The notes: generated by a model from the sequence alone, not told the origin. A stretch of 64,000 nucleotides of DNA from Leucoraja ocellata (GCA_036785375.1 JAWMAR010001858.1:124001-188000), one strand, 5' to 3'; numbered from the stretch's first letter, positions 13,385-25,836 are shown. Numbers and translations: made by a program.

Positions 13385-14155
13385 GACAGAATGAAGAAGT
13401 TAGCAGCCTATCTGGCCCTGGGGATTTATCAGTCTTTAATCCATTCAATTTACTTAACACCACTTCTCAGCTAACCTGGATTTCACTCAGTTCCTCCATC
13501 TCATTTTGTATAAGTTTGTATACTAATCTCTTATGTGGGACCTTGTCGAAAGCCTTCTGAAAGTCCAGATATAACACATCCACTGGTTCTCCCTTATCCA
13601 CTCTACTAGTTACATCCTCGAAAAATTCTATAAGGAACTACTCCAGAATCTAAAGAGTTTTGAAAAATTATTACTAATGCATCCACTTTTTCTGGGGCTA
13701 CTTCCTTAAGTACTCTGGGATGGAGCCTATCTGGCCCTGGGGATTTATCGGCCTTTAATCCATTCAATTTACCTAACACCATTTCCCGACTAACCTGGAT
13801 TTCACTCAGTTTCACCATTTCATTTGACCCCCAGTCCCCTGCTATTTCCAGCAGATTATTTATGTCTTCCTTAGTGAAGACAGAACCAAAGTAGTTATTC
13901 AATTGGTCTGCCATGTCCTTGTTTCCCATGATCAATTCACCTGTTTCTGACTGCAAGGGACCTACATTTGTTTTAACTAATCTTTTTCTCTTCACATATC
14001 TATAAAAACATTTGCAGTCAGGTTTTATGTTCCCTGCCAGTTTTATTTCATAATCTATGTTCCCTTTCCTAATTAAGCCCTTTGTCCTCCTCTGCTGGAC
14101 TCTGAATTTCTCCCACTCCTCTGGCAGGCTGCTTTTTCTGGCTAATTTGTATGCT
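13385..14155 (-). mobile_element. Rearranged CR1 ORF2 middle fragments inside the Tc1
   Basis: KADKSPGPDRLHPRVLKEVA; the segment agcctatctggccctggggatttatc occurs twice (about 13405 and 13724). Confidence 0.85.
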
Positions 14156-14407
14156 AATGTATATAAAAGAAAGCTAACAAACCAATGAAGAAACCATAAT
14201 TGTTGGTATAATTTTCAGTAGCACTCATCACCTGTTTGTCCTCTGGTTTAGTTGTGAACAGGTGTGTTGTTTTGTGGATCGCTGAAAGAAATTACCTGTT
14301 AAATTGAATGTGATTATTAACAATCGAGAACAGCTTTTATAAAGCGTGGATTGCTACATTATTATATGCATACCATTCAGTTTCTGGAAGGTTAGTTTAC
14401 CACCGGT

Positions 14408-14692
14408 CATGGGTGATGTTTCTGGTCGGGACTCTTCTTCAGACTTCAACCACTAGAGCTGCTACCTCACTGTGCCAAAGACCCTGGTTCAATCCTGACA
14501 TCGGGTGCCATCTGTGTGGAGTTCGCCCATTCTCCCTCTGACCATGTAGGTTTCCTCCTGTTCGAACAAGGGTCCCGACCCGAAATGTCACCCATCCTTT
14601 AACTCCAGAGAAGCTGCCTGATCATCTGAGTTACTGCAGCACTTTGTGTCTACCTTTGGTATATACCTGCATCTGCTGTTCCTTCATGCACA
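14408..14692. mobile_element. Degenerate inverted Penelope hammerhead pair separated by a V-SINE fragment
   Basis: Minus-strand core ending at about 14445, SINE fragment at about 14452-14560, and plus-strand aagggtcccgacccgaaatgtcaccc with tail. Confidence 0.65.
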
Positions 14693-15230
14693 CTCGTAGA
14701 ATCATATAATGGTTGTAACACTGAATGAGGCCATTCAACATGTGAAGTCTACAAAGATTGTGAGGAAGGCAAATGTAAGTGGGCAGCAAGGTGGTCTAAT
14801 TCTTTTCAGAGTATGAGCTAGCTGACCATGCATGCGGCCACGACTCCGCAGTGCGCGCAGATGGGAACTGGTTGCAAAATACGTTTCACAAAACATGGGG
14901 GGGGATGGGGGGTGGATCGTCCCCCACCTCTGAAAACATGTAGGGGACCCGTCCCCCCCCCAGGATTTCCACCCCCTGACAGGATGCACCTAAGCTTCAT
15001 TTTGAGTGTCATAGCAAAAAGTCTGAATACTTATGTAAATGCGATATTTCAGTTATTTCTTTTTAATTACTTTGCAAGAATTTCTAAACAACTGTTTTTG
15101 CTTCTTCAGTCTGGGGTATTGTATGTAGATTGATGGGAAAAAAAAGAATTTAATCCATTTTAAAATAAGGCTGTAACGTAACAAAATGTGGAAAAAGTGA
15201 AGGGGTCTGAATACTTATTAATGCACTGTA

Positions 15231-15360
15231 TCTGAAGAAGGACCTCGACCCGAAACGTCACCCATTCCTTCTCTTCAGAGATGCTGCCTGATCCACTGAG
15301 TTACTCCAGCTTTTTTGTGTCTCTCTTTGGTTTAAACCAGCATCTGCATTTCCTTCCTGC
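15231..15360 (+). mobile_element. Penelope hammerhead unit abutting the Tc1 right end
   Basis: CTGAAGAAGGACCTCGACCCGAAACGTCacccattcc...ccagcatctgcatttccttcct. Confidence 0.8.
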
Positions 15361-15544
15361 GCATTTTATTTATCTGAAGCAAGGTCATCCACTGCAAATG
15401 GCTTTGCATAAACATTTCTAGATTGCAGAACCAAATCCTCAACATATTCCAAATTCCTGCATATCGAAGGAACACATTTTCAACTATTTAGCCTGAATCA
15501 TGCACTTTTATCAGAAGAAAAGCAAAACCACAAATCCAACATAT

Positions 15545-15942
15545 TAGTTTAGTTTAGTTTCTACAGCGTGGAAACAAGCCCTTTGGCCCAACGAGTTTAC
15601 GTTGAGTAACAATCACCCATACACTAGTACTATCCTACATACCAGATTCAGATTCAATCTTTATTGTCATTGTGCAGTGTACAGTACAGAGACAATAAAA
15701 TGCAGTTAGCATCTCCCCAGAAGAGCGAACATAGAATAAAGAGCAATACAAGGGACAATTTATAATTAACCTACAAACCTGCACATCCTTGGGATGTTTT
15801 AGGAAACCCAAGCACTCAGGAAAACCCATGTGATCACAGGAAGAACGTACAAACTCCGTACAGACAGCACCTGTAGTTAGGATCAACCCGGGTCTCTGGT
15901 GCTGTAAGGCAGCAACTCTACCACTCGGCCACTGTGCCGCCC
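15545..15942 (-). mobile_element. HE1-type V-SINE containing an inserted Rex1-type 3' tail (about 15643-15745)
   Basis: (tttag)n tail, tRNA boxes at about 15880-15940, and an internal cagattcagattcaatctttattgtc. Confidence 0.85.
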
Positions 15943-16159
15943 AAATTATTCATGGAATGAATTATTGAATCATTTTATTATATGAGTATTAGCTCAGAAT
16001 ACTTTGCTCAATGTGAAAACAGGATATTATACTGGAGCAGTTTGCAATGTATCCAAAGGCAGATAACGACAAATTACCTTTCAAATCGTCACAGGTTGAG
16101 TTACGTTGTTTATTAGCTAAATTGATTGTGGTATTGAGGGCAAGAAAATAATTGGGCCA

Positions 16160-16349
16160 GTGTTTAAGAGGGAACTGCAGATGCTGGAGAATCGAAGGTT
16201 ACACAGAAAAGCTGGAGAAACTCAGCGGGTGCAGCAGCATCTATGGAGCGAAGGAAATAGGCAACGTTTCGGGCCGAAACGTTGCCTATTTCCTTCGCTC
16301 CATAGATGCTGCTGCACCCGCTGAGTTTCTCCAGCTTTTCTGTGTAACC
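16160..16349. mobile_element. Penelope-derived perfect palindrome (76-bp arms) plus a 37-nt tail
   Basis: Arms 16197-16272 and 16274-16349 are exact reverse complements. TSD aaataattgggcca at 16146-16159 and 16350-16363. Confidence 0.93.
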
Positions 16350-16542
16350 AAATAATTGGGCCAACTGGCCAGCACGGTTTTCTGGATTTTCATCAGATTG
16401 CACACAGTTTCTGCTTACTAGCGCTACTGACCAAGGCCCAGCCTCAGGGTCACGACTAGAATATGCCTGCGTGCAGCAGATATTTTGTGTTGCTGATGGT
16501 GCATTTTGTAGTAAAACGCCCCCTGGGATGTTTTCCTGCGTT

Positions 16543-16645
16543 TAGAAAGGATGCTGGTTTACAGCGAAGATAGACGCAAAGTGCTGGAGTAACTCAGCGG
16601 GTCAGGCAGCATCTCTGGAGAAAAAAGATGGGTGACGTTTTGGTC
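16543..16645 (-). mobile_element. Penelope-derived unit, antisense
   Basis: gatgctggttt...ctggagtaactcagcgggtcaggcagcatctc...gggtgacgttt. TSD tgttttcctg[c/t]gtt at 16529-16542 and 16646-16659. Confidence 0.8.
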
Positions 16646-17042
16646 TGTTTTCCTGTGTTACAGGTGCTCTACAGTGGTAAGACGTTAGTTTCACTGCCTG
16701 TCTACACCAGCGCTGTGTGACCAGCAGAGGCAAACAAAGTGTTTTTTTTAAGTTTTAAGCTTTGATCACTTGCAATCATCATTTTAACTGCGTCCCAGGG
16801 TTTCCTACGCACAGCTTTCTTTGGCTCAAATCATCTGAAATTTGTTTAGGACTAAGTTGCTTTTGCAGCTTCCTGTAATGTACTCGACCAACAAGCTGCA
16901 CACTCATTCCATCTGCCAGGAAATGTCAGCAGTGACACCTGGTGGCAGGGCCGGCAGAGTGGTGCCCCAACAATGGCTCCTCCACAGCCCCATCACCTAC
17001 TTCCCTTCCCAACCCACAAGAGAAGGCGCGGGACCACAGTGT

Positions 17043-17151
17043 GTAGGAAGGAACTGCAGATGCTGGTTTACATCAAAGCACAAATGCTGGAGTAACTCAG
17101 CTGGTCGAGAAATGCTGCCTGATCCGCTGAGTTACTCCAGCATTTTGCTTT
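17043..17151. mobile_element. Small inverted Penelope-derived unit
   Basis: aaatgctggagtaactcagc ... gctgagttactccagcattt inverted pair. TSD gggaccacagtgt at 17030-17042 and 17152-17164. Confidence 0.8.
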
Positions 17152-18189
17152 GGGACCACAGTGTTGGAATGAACCCTTTCTGACAATAGATATAAACAGG
17201 AATGCATATGTCAAAATTCATCCTCTGCTTTACACGCTAGATGAATAATAGATCAATTTATTGTCGCCCACTTAAATTTTGAATTACGATGCATGCTTGG
17301 CGTATATGACGGATATTGCTCTCTGTAGATATTGTACTGGGAATCCCTTTCCATACTTCCTGCTCCACCTTTAGGATATTTTTTGTTGGTTGGGCAGGGG
17401 CTGAGTTGGTTTTATTTCCTTAACGATTTTTTTCTGGCAGTCATTGTGTTATCAGTGTCAATTTTACTTATATCTGTCCCCAGTGGACAATAATGACCAA
17501 AAGGCAGCTGAACCAAGGGTAAATAGCTTCCACTGCCATTTAAATTGCATTCCCGTAAACTGTAAATGCCTTAAGTAAGTTTGTTGTGTTAGTGCCATGC
17601 CAGCTAAATTTACTGGTAGTGCAGATAAGGAGAGCAGGCTTGGAAATTCCTATCTGGATAATACTGATTTAGCAATAATGGCTGTAGATTCAAAGCATAG
17701 TCTGAGCAGACGTGCACACAGGTTAGTAAGACTTTGGTTGACCTCAAAGAAGATCTCAAGATAAGTCAGCAGAAAACCATTCTATCCCAAAAGTTCATTA
17801 CATGCACAATCAATGAAGAAGAAAACTCGATTTCTGTAGATCTGCAAAGAATCATTACATTTGACAGCACCTCAGAAGTGGAAGTGGTGGCATCTATCAC
17901 ACCTGCTACACCCCCCCCCCCCCCCCCAGGCGTATTCTGTATTCACCTCCAGAAAACCTTTGCCATCAAAGGGCAACATTAAGCTTGATCAATTGCCCGT
18001 TTAGAATTACTGACATTGGTATTTCACCCCTGACGCCACTGCGTTCTGGCCCGATGAATGCTGTAATGAGCTGACTGTGGGAAATAATGAATCCACCCCT
18101 ATGAAGTGAGATGTGATCTTGGCAATTGTTCAGCTGGGCTAGTCTAGCTCCAGCTTCAATAATGCGCTGTCCTCTTTGTGGTTTCACAG

Positions 18190-18393
18190 GGACTATTTGG
18201 AGAAAAGTATGGCAGCGCTCGCATCCCCGGGGAGGTTGAGACTTCTGAATTTGAGATGATTTTGGATGCTGCTGTGGAGGCACAGCTGGAGACAAAAGTC
18301 TTGGAGGAGTGGTACTGCAGAGATGAAAACTCCGTCCCACCAACATACTACCTCAAACCAAAGTCTGAAATGCTGAAAAATTCACAGAATGTG
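18190..18393 (+). CDS. NWD2: NWD2 internal coding exon (204 nt, phase 0/0): GLFGEKYG...KSEMLKNSQNV
   Basis: Acceptor ctttgtggtttcacAG|GGA and donor GTG|GTaaag. The peptide matches my recollection of vertebrate NWD2 (GLLGEKYGNIRIPGEVEASEFEMILDAA...WYCRDENSVP). Confidence 0.93.
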
Positions 18394-18649
18394 GTAAAGT
18401 TCTTAAACGTTCCAAATGCTTTCATTGTGCTTTTTTCATTGGGCTGTGAATAATTTTGAATATCTTCAAAAATTCTTCATGTGCTCTTCACAGGTTTCTG
18501 TAATGTATGACTTACGTATAATTTATTGTTTAGGAGATGTGGCGATGGATGTATCAATTAAAATATTCTGCTGATAACAATGTTATAGTTTCTCTGAGCT
18601 CTACATTAACCTGGTCCGAGGCATAATGACTTGGGTATTACGCACATGA

Positions 18650-19325
18650 TATGGTTATAGAGTCATGCGGCACAGAAACAGGCCCTTTGGCACGACTTAC
18701 TCATGCCAACTAACATGCCCATTATATCCTAGACGCAAGATGCCTCCATCTAGGTCATTTGCCCATATTTGGACCCTATCCCTCTAAACCTTTCCTGTGC
18801 ATGAATCTGTCCAAATGCCTTTTAAATCTTGTTATAGTACCTGCCTCAACTACAGGGTCTGTCCCACTTAAGTGTTATTTGTGCGTCATTTACGCGACAT
18901 CATTTACACGTCATGATGCACGATGTGTGCGTAAAGCGTGCATGGCGTGCATTTACGCACGTATGGCGCGTGGTGAGATGCGGTGGCGTAGGCAATGATG
19001 CGCGGTAGCGCGCGGCGCCCCAGGATTTTGGGATTCTCAAAGTGGGACAGGCCCTTACCTATTGCCATATACCCACCACCCTCTGCATGAAAAAAAAAGC
19101 TGCCACTTAGGTTTCTATTAAATCTTTCCCCTCTAACCTTAAACCAATGTCCTCTGGATCTTGATTCACCAACTCTTGGTAAAAGACCTTATCTATTCCC
19201 CTCATGATTTTGGACACCTCTATAAGATCACCCATCAGTCTCCTTTATTCAAGGAATAAAGTCTTAGCCTTCAACCACTCCCTATAGCTGAGGCTCTCAA
19301 ATCCTGGCAACATCCTCGTAAAATC
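18650..19325 (-). mobile_element. Decayed CR1 3' fragment hosting a MITE
   Basis: Antisense CR1 3'UTR: gaaacaggccctt..., ccctctaaacctttcc, cacctctataagatcacc. Confidence 0.75.
18854..19055. mobile_element. PIF/Harbinger-like MITE
   Basis: Termini AGGGTCTGTCCCACTT ... AAGTGGGACAGGCCCT, 3-bp duplication TAC, CpG-rich interior. Confidence 0.75.
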
Positions 19326-20060
19326 CAAACATTGGGTGAGAAACATGATCCAGGTTGACAAGGATCAAAGGTTTACAGGTATAATGGCACATAAATGTGT
19401 GCGATAACACAATGGTTGTATACAGAACAGATAACTCAGAAATCTGAGCTGGAGATGTGAATTCAAATCCTACAAAACCAGTTGGCAATTTTATATTCAG
19501 TTCAATAAACCTGGAATATAAACCAGTAATCACCTCTCTTAGACAGTCTCTTGGGGTAGATGATGGCTTGGTTCCATTGTGGTTCTGAGGTGGTCAATGT
19601 GAGGCCTGCAGGAGATGCTTGATTAGCGTAGTAGGTGGGTACATCCGAGATGGGACACTCCTTCCATTATTTATGTCAGGTGTCTGGGTACTCATGGGAA
19701 ATTGACATTAGATTCTCAGTGTTTCTGTGAACAGAAATCAGCCAGGCATTTCCCTAAGTTGGTGAAATATTATTATTTTCATGAAAGTTAGGAAAATATC
19801 CTTGAATCGTAATCTCTTGATGCGATGAGAACAAAGTGCCTGTTCCAGGAGTAAAACACAGCATGTCAGGCATCATCTGTGGAAGGAGAGAAAATAAGAT
19901 AGTCTCCGTATCACAGATGGTGGAGCAGCACAATGGGCAGAACAATGCAAATGTCAGAGATAGGATGGAACGATCTATCTATTAAATGCAGCAGAGCTCC
20001 CTTGTCCATTTAATGTGCTTCTGATGTGAAGTCTGGGTGATTTGCGGTCTGGCCAATAGA

Positions 20061-20370
20061 GGGTGGTATAGCAGTGCAGTTGCTGCCTTGTAGCGCCAGA
20101 GACCTGGGTTCGATCCTGACTACTGGTGATTGTCTGTACGTAGTTTGTACATTCTCCCCGTCGTCTGCGCGGGTTTTCTCCGACACCTTCCGGTTTCTAC
20201 CACACCAAAGACGTACAGGTTTGTATGTTAATTGGCTTGGTATAAATGTAAATTGTCCCTATTGTGTGTGGGATCGTGTTAATGTGCAGGGATTGCTGGT
20301 CGGTGCAGACCCGGTGAGTCGAAGGGCATGTTTCTGCGCAGTTCTAAACAAAACTAAACTAAACTAAACT
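20061..20370 (+). mobile_element. HE1-type V-SINE
   Basis: gttgctgccttgtagcgccagagacctgggttcgatcc, V-domain, and (aaact)n tail. Confidence 0.9.
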
Positions 20371-21149
20371 GGGCCTTGGCCAGTAAGACAGGTAATACAA
20401 ATGAAAGAAAAAATAGAGGAATGGCAAACAAAAGTTAGTTCTGAACTAAATAGAAAGAAAACGTAAGCTAGCGGAAGTTGGAGAATTCAGCGTTGACTCC
20501 TGCAGTCTTAACTTTCCTCTTAATTGACCTAGAAAAACACATGGTACAGTCATAAAGTTGAATCAATATGTAAACTGTTTCTTCGACCCAACTCATCCAC
20601 AACAACCAAAGTGCCTGAGCTGGTCCTATTTGCCTGTCTTTGCCCCATATCCCTCTAAACCATTCCCTTCCATGTACCTGTCCAGATGTCTTTTAAAAAT
20701 TGTACCTGTACCCACCTCTACCATTTCCTATGGCAGCTCGTTCCACATACCACCCGCACCCTATGTGAAAAAGTTGCCCTTTAGATCCCTTGAATTCTTT
20801 CCCCTCTCATCTTATATTAAACTTTAAAAATGCCCAGAATTTGCTGATCAATGAATGCGGTAGGTGATCTACCACTCTGCAAGCTATGGGGGAAGGTGGA
20901 CAAATGACGTTAGTTCCCTTCCGCTAAATAAGAGAATTATCTTATTTAGCGGAAGGGAACAAACATAATTTGTCCATGTTTGCTACCGATACAAAATCAG
21001 GAGTGTAATGTGTAGTGGCTTCAACAGTTGAGTGGGCAAGAACATGGCACATGCAATATACTGTGAAAAATATGATTGTATAGACTTTGGTGCAAAATAT
21101 TAAAAAACAGAGTATTTTTAGATATATTTTGAAAACCTGGATAATGTTG

Positions 21150-22450
21150 ATGTTCATAAGGTCATATATGTCCTTGTACATAAGTCACAAAGCCAACATC
21201 CAAGTGCAGCAAGCATTAAGAAAGGAAAATGGTAGGATTTTAATACAAGAGTAAAGATATCTAACTGTATTTAGTGTGTACAGTGTTGGTCTCTATATCT
21301 AACAATGTATATGTTTGCCATTGAGTTCAATGAGGTTCAAATGACAACAAATAAATTGTATTGTATTGTATTGTATTGAGGGGGTTCAGTGACCAATAAA
21401 CTGGTTACAGGTTTGTCATATGGGGAAAGATGGAGTTTATAGACCTCTGTACTATAGAATTTAGACAAATAAAGAGAGATCTTGTTGAAACCTACCAAAT
21501 TCATACAGGCCACAACAGCCTGGATGCTGCAAAGACATTTTATACACCTCTATAAGAGGTGTATAAAATCTCCTAGCAATCTCCTATGCTCCAAGGAATT
21601 ACTTTTTAGCCTGCCCAACCTCAGTCTGAAGAAGGGTTTCGGCCCGAAACGTTGCCTATTTCCTTCGCTCCATAGATGCTGCTGCACCCGCTGAGTTTCT
21701 CCAGCTTTTCTGTGTAACCCTCACCCTGTTACTCACTCCCTTGAGTCCTGGCAATACCATTGTAAATCTTTGCTGCATGCTTTCCACCTTCATAGCATAT
21801 TTCCTTTATCAGCATGACCAGAATAAGTGCAGCCTGAACAATGTCTTATACAACTGCAACATAACATCTCAACTTCCCTGCCCTGAATGATGAAGGCCAG
21901 CTTGCAAAAGTCTACTTCACCACCCTGTCCACCTGTGACACCACTTTCAGGGAAATAGGTGCTTGTTATTCCAAGGTCCCTCTGATCATAACACACCTCA
22001 TAACCCCATTGTTTACCGTGAAACTCCTACCCTGCTTCAACACTTTGCACTTATCTGATTTAAACTCCATTTACTACATTTGGCCAGCTTGATAAAGACC
22101 CCTCCTGACAACCATCATCATGGTCTACAAAATCACTTATTTCAGTGTCATCTGCAAAAGTACTAACCAGACCTTGTACATCCTCATCCAAATTGTTGAT
22201 AAAGGTGATAAAAAATAATGGGCTGAGCCCTGAGGCAGCTGTTAGCCACAGGCTCCACTCTGAAAGAAAAACTTTCTTCATTACCCTCTGCTTCCTATCA
22301 TGAGCCCAATTAGCTCTCCCGGGATACCGTGCAATCCCATCTTTCAAAGCAGCTTACCATGCAGAACCTTAAAGTCCATATAGACTATGTTTACCACCTG
22401 CCCTAATCGACCTTTTTGATTACATCTTCAAAAAACTCAAATCAATTTTG
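21150..22450. mobile_element. Decayed CR1 fragments (+ at about 21150-21520, - at about 21530-22450)
   Basis: The minus frame contains LSPLFFITFINNLDEDVQGLVSTFADDTEI. Confidence 0.75.
21622..21719 (+). mobile_element. Young Penelope hammerhead unit with intact core
   Basis: cagtCTGAAGAAGGGTTTCGGCCCGAAACGTTgcctatttcc...tgtgtaacc. Confidence 0.9.
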
Positions 22451-22688
22451 GGAGGCAAAATACTCTATATCAAATTGCCCGATCCACGGAAATTATCTCT
22501 ACTGGGTAAAAATAGATTTTTAAGAGCGTAGTGCCTAAAAAAACTTGCTACACAGTCCAATTTAATAACTTAAATCTAAATAAATATATCCACACCCCAC
22601 ATTCCACCCGATGTTGTCCAAGGGACTTAGAGATTTGTGACAATTTTGAATGAGATTGATTTGATATCTCTTACTTTGTGTTATGTAG

Positions 22689-22833
22689 ACAGATATAACT
22701 ATAAATTCCCCCAACCCCAAGAAATGGAAGGAAATATCAGAGGACATCAAGAAAGTTTTTAAAACTGCAGTAAACTTACTGCAAGAGCGAGGAACTATGG
22801 AGAGTTCCAAAGCCAAGAAGTATCTTTGTTCAG
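22689..22833 (+). CDS. NWD2: NWD2 internal coding exon (145 nt, phase 0/1): TDITINSPNPKKWKEISEDIKKVFKTAVNLLQERGTMESSKAKKYLCS
   Basis: Not in the ORF track; found by manual translation. Acceptor ttactttgtgttatgtAG and donor CAG|GTaag. Resembles NWD2 WQEISDEIKKIFKAAVKLL...AKRYLFS, and its phase joins the flanking exons in frame. Confidence 0.9.
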
Positions 22834-23879
22834 GTAAGAACTTGCATTTATTTACTACATAGTTCAGCAATGAAAATGAAATCAGTTCCATTGTGGCTAG
22901 AATGGTATTTTATAGAATACCAGTAGTAATGAGAAATATCATGACAATGTCAGTGTAACTCAAATAAATTAGTGCAGTGACAGATTTGCCACTCAGCCAA
23001 ACGCATATCAAAACCAGTGGGAAAGTTATTAGGACCAACAATATTTGGAAGGCATCCAGTTCCAAAAAAACAGTTATGTAATATTCCTAGAGGATTAGTT
23101 TGAAGGTCCATGACTGAGGTAAAATTAGCTTGGTTGTGCAAAGGTTCAAAATATTTTCACAGAATCTGAGAATCTTAAGGCATAAAGGGGGGCCTTTTGA
23201 CTTTTCATGTCTATGCTAGCAGTTTGAAAGAACTGCCTAATTAATCCCATTTCGCTTTCCTCCCATAAATCAGCAAATTATTCCCCTACAAGAATTTCCA
23301 CTCAGCAAGACCATTGCAAAATGTAACTTTGTTTTACCTGCACATTGATACTGTCATGTAACATTTTTGGATGCTATTGCTAATAATAATTTCCAATGTG
23401 GTGTCTTACTAAATATTGGAGAAAATATTCACTAACGTTTACAGAAGAAGGGAGGAAAACATTGGTGATTTTATCGGAGTGAAGTTCTTCAGCCATTTCA
23501 CCATACATTTGACATTTGACCCTTTATTTACTGGCGTCATTAGGTTTGTTTCTAGGCTCGCTGAGATGGTGGATGCCAATTATACAAGGAAGAGAAATGC
23601 CCAACTAATTCTGCTCAGTGAAAACCATTACTGCTTATTTTCCTTCTTTGATTTGCTTTGTTATTAAATCAGAACTGACAGTCCAATGGATAATAATGTC
23701 CTTTTCGTTTAATAGAGGGTCTAGTACAGAACCAACCGTGTCGGGCTTTCTATGAGCTTCTAAAGATCTCTTTAGGCAAGAGTCTTTTAAATGTTGTTAA
23801 AGTTCATTTTGACAAATATCTTGACTTGCTGTGACCCCTTACTCAAAAGGTAATGAGATGTTGGTTTCTTTACATGAAG

Positions 23880-24469
23880 CAATTGAAGATGAGTTTGAGT
23901 TTGCCCTGGGAAACCAAACGCCAGCATTTCTAAAGAAGTGTGTGTGTTATATCAGGAAAATCGCAAACATTGACCGTCACGTGAAGAATCCAGAAATGGG
24001 CCGGTACATGGACATCATAGAGGTCAATGGAAAACTTATACGAGACCCCATTGCGATTGAAAAGCTTGTGAAACTGAGGGACGAGTTCATTCCTACGATT
24101 GTTGCCTCTTCCAACCTGAGAGTATACACGTCCATTACCCATTGCGATATGAAGCTTGGATATTCAGAGAATGTAGAAAACCACTATGTTGAAGGCCTTT
24201 GTAAGCAGTTCTATGATGATATGATTGACATTATTCAATCTATAGTTCAACAGAACTTTGACATTGAATCTGATGCACTTTATGATGAAGTTCTGCAGCA
24301 CTTGTCCCTTTGTAAAATGAATGCCTCTTTCTACCAATATGAATGTGAAGCCTTGGACCTCATCCAGAAGTATATACTGCCTTGCAAATCAGCACAGGTG
24401 AACCCACTTGTGGTATATGGTGGGCCATGCACAGGCAAAACATTTCTACTGGCAAAGGTGGCACAACAG
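23880..24469 (+). CDS. NWD2: NWD2 internal coding exon (590 nt, phase 1/0) containing the NACHT Walker A motif GGPCTGKT
   Basis: Acceptor ttggtttctttacatgaAG|CA completes the Ala codon; donor CAG|GTaata. Peptide AIEDEFEFALG...YGGPCTGKTFLLAKVAQQ; P-loop at about 24419-24442. Confidence 0.95.
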
Positions 24470-25299
24470 GTAATAATAGCCTATATTTTGTTGTATAATG
24501 TCTGATGCTTTTATTGGATCCATCAGTCTATTTGCATTATCCTTGTAAATCTGTGTTGTTGTTGTCTCATATTAAATAAACAGTTAAGTAAATTGGGAAT
24601 TAAAAATAACCCACCTTCAGGTAGCAGATGTTATTTTAACATCAGTTCACTAGATGGGCCCAGTATGATTCGATTTCTTCATCCTCAGCCTGGTATGACC
24701 AGCCTGGTCGTGCCTTACCATCCAATCTTACTTAGCAAGCATAATATTCATGAGAATATGTGATCATAAAAAAGCAGAGTAGATCATTCAGATACTTGCA
24801 CCTGCTCTGAGATTCGGTAAGATTATGGCTGCACTCTGAACTCAGCTCCACTTTCCTGCACTAATGTCTTTCTATTCCCTTAGTAATGAAAATTAAGAAT
24901 TCCAAAGATTCATTACTATCCAAGTGAAGATACATTTTTTCATTTCTCTCCTGAATTGCCAGCCCTTAATGGGTGTCTGAGACCCCTAATTCTAGACATT
25001 CCAGCCAGGGAATTCATCATTCCTGCATCTAGCCTCTCAAGCTCATTAGGAATTTTCTGCATTTCAGAGAGATGACTTCTCATTTTCCAAAATTAAAACA
25101 GTAGGGGACCTGACCAACAACATGCAGAGTTTGAAGGAGTGACTATTTTGATAGTCGATGCACTGTTTGAAGGAGAGAGCAAACAGGGAAATATAGACTA
25201 GTTAGCTGAACATCAGTGGAAAGGGAAATGCCAGCATCTATTGTAAAGGAAATAGCGAAAGAGTACTTTGAAATTAGTCATTCAAATGGACAAATTGAA

Positions 25300-25836
25300 G
25301 GCGGCACGGTGGCGCAATAGTAGAGTTGCTGCTTTACTGTGTTCAATCCTGACTATGGGTGCTGTTTGTATGAAGTTTGTACATTCTCTTCGTGACCTGC
25401 ATGGGTTTTCTCCGGGATCACCGGTTTCTCCCCACACTCCAAAGACGTACAGGTTTGTAGGTTAAACGTGTAGGAAGGAACTGAAGACGCTGGTTTACAC
25501 CAAAGATGGACACAAAATGCTGGAGTAACTCAGCGGGATAAGTAGCATCTCTGGAAAGAAGGATTTTGGGTCGAAACCCTTCTTCAGACTGAATCTCGGA
25601 CGGATCTCGACCCATAACGTCACCCATTCCTTCTCTCCAGAGATGCTGTCTGTCCGAGTTTAGCATTTTGTGTCCATTTTCAGATTTGTAGGTTAATTGG
25701 CTTGGTATAATTGTAAATTGTGTCTAGTGTGTGTAGAATAGCGTTAGTGTGCGGGGATTGGTGGTTGGTGTGGACTAGGTGAGCCGAAGGGCCTGTTTTT
25801 GCGCTGTATTATTAAACTAAACTAAACTAAACTAAA
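25300..25836 (+). mobile_element. HE1-type V-SINE interrupted by an inverted Penelope unit (25466-25680)
   Basis: ggcggcacggtggcgc start and (aaact)n tail. The insert is flanked by cag[g/a]tttgtaggttaa at 25450-25465 and 25681-25696. Confidence 0.88.

Larger units (their letters stand above)
12883..15228 (-). mobile_element. Tc1/mariner (IR/DR type) transposon remnant with about 220-bp TIRs and nested insertions
   Basis: TA|tagtacattcagaaagtattcagacccc ... ggggtctgaatacttattaatgcactg|TA. The inner direct repeat gtattcagac is present in both TIRs. The minus strand at 13101-13160 encodes PYPRRHEAVITAKGASTKY*, a typical Tc1 transposase C-terminus. Confidence 0.85.

Noticed and set aside
23831-23879. 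ORF-track start upstream of the 590-nt exon as a separate gene start
   Set aside because: Intronic read-through; homology begins at the AAG acceptor at 23880.
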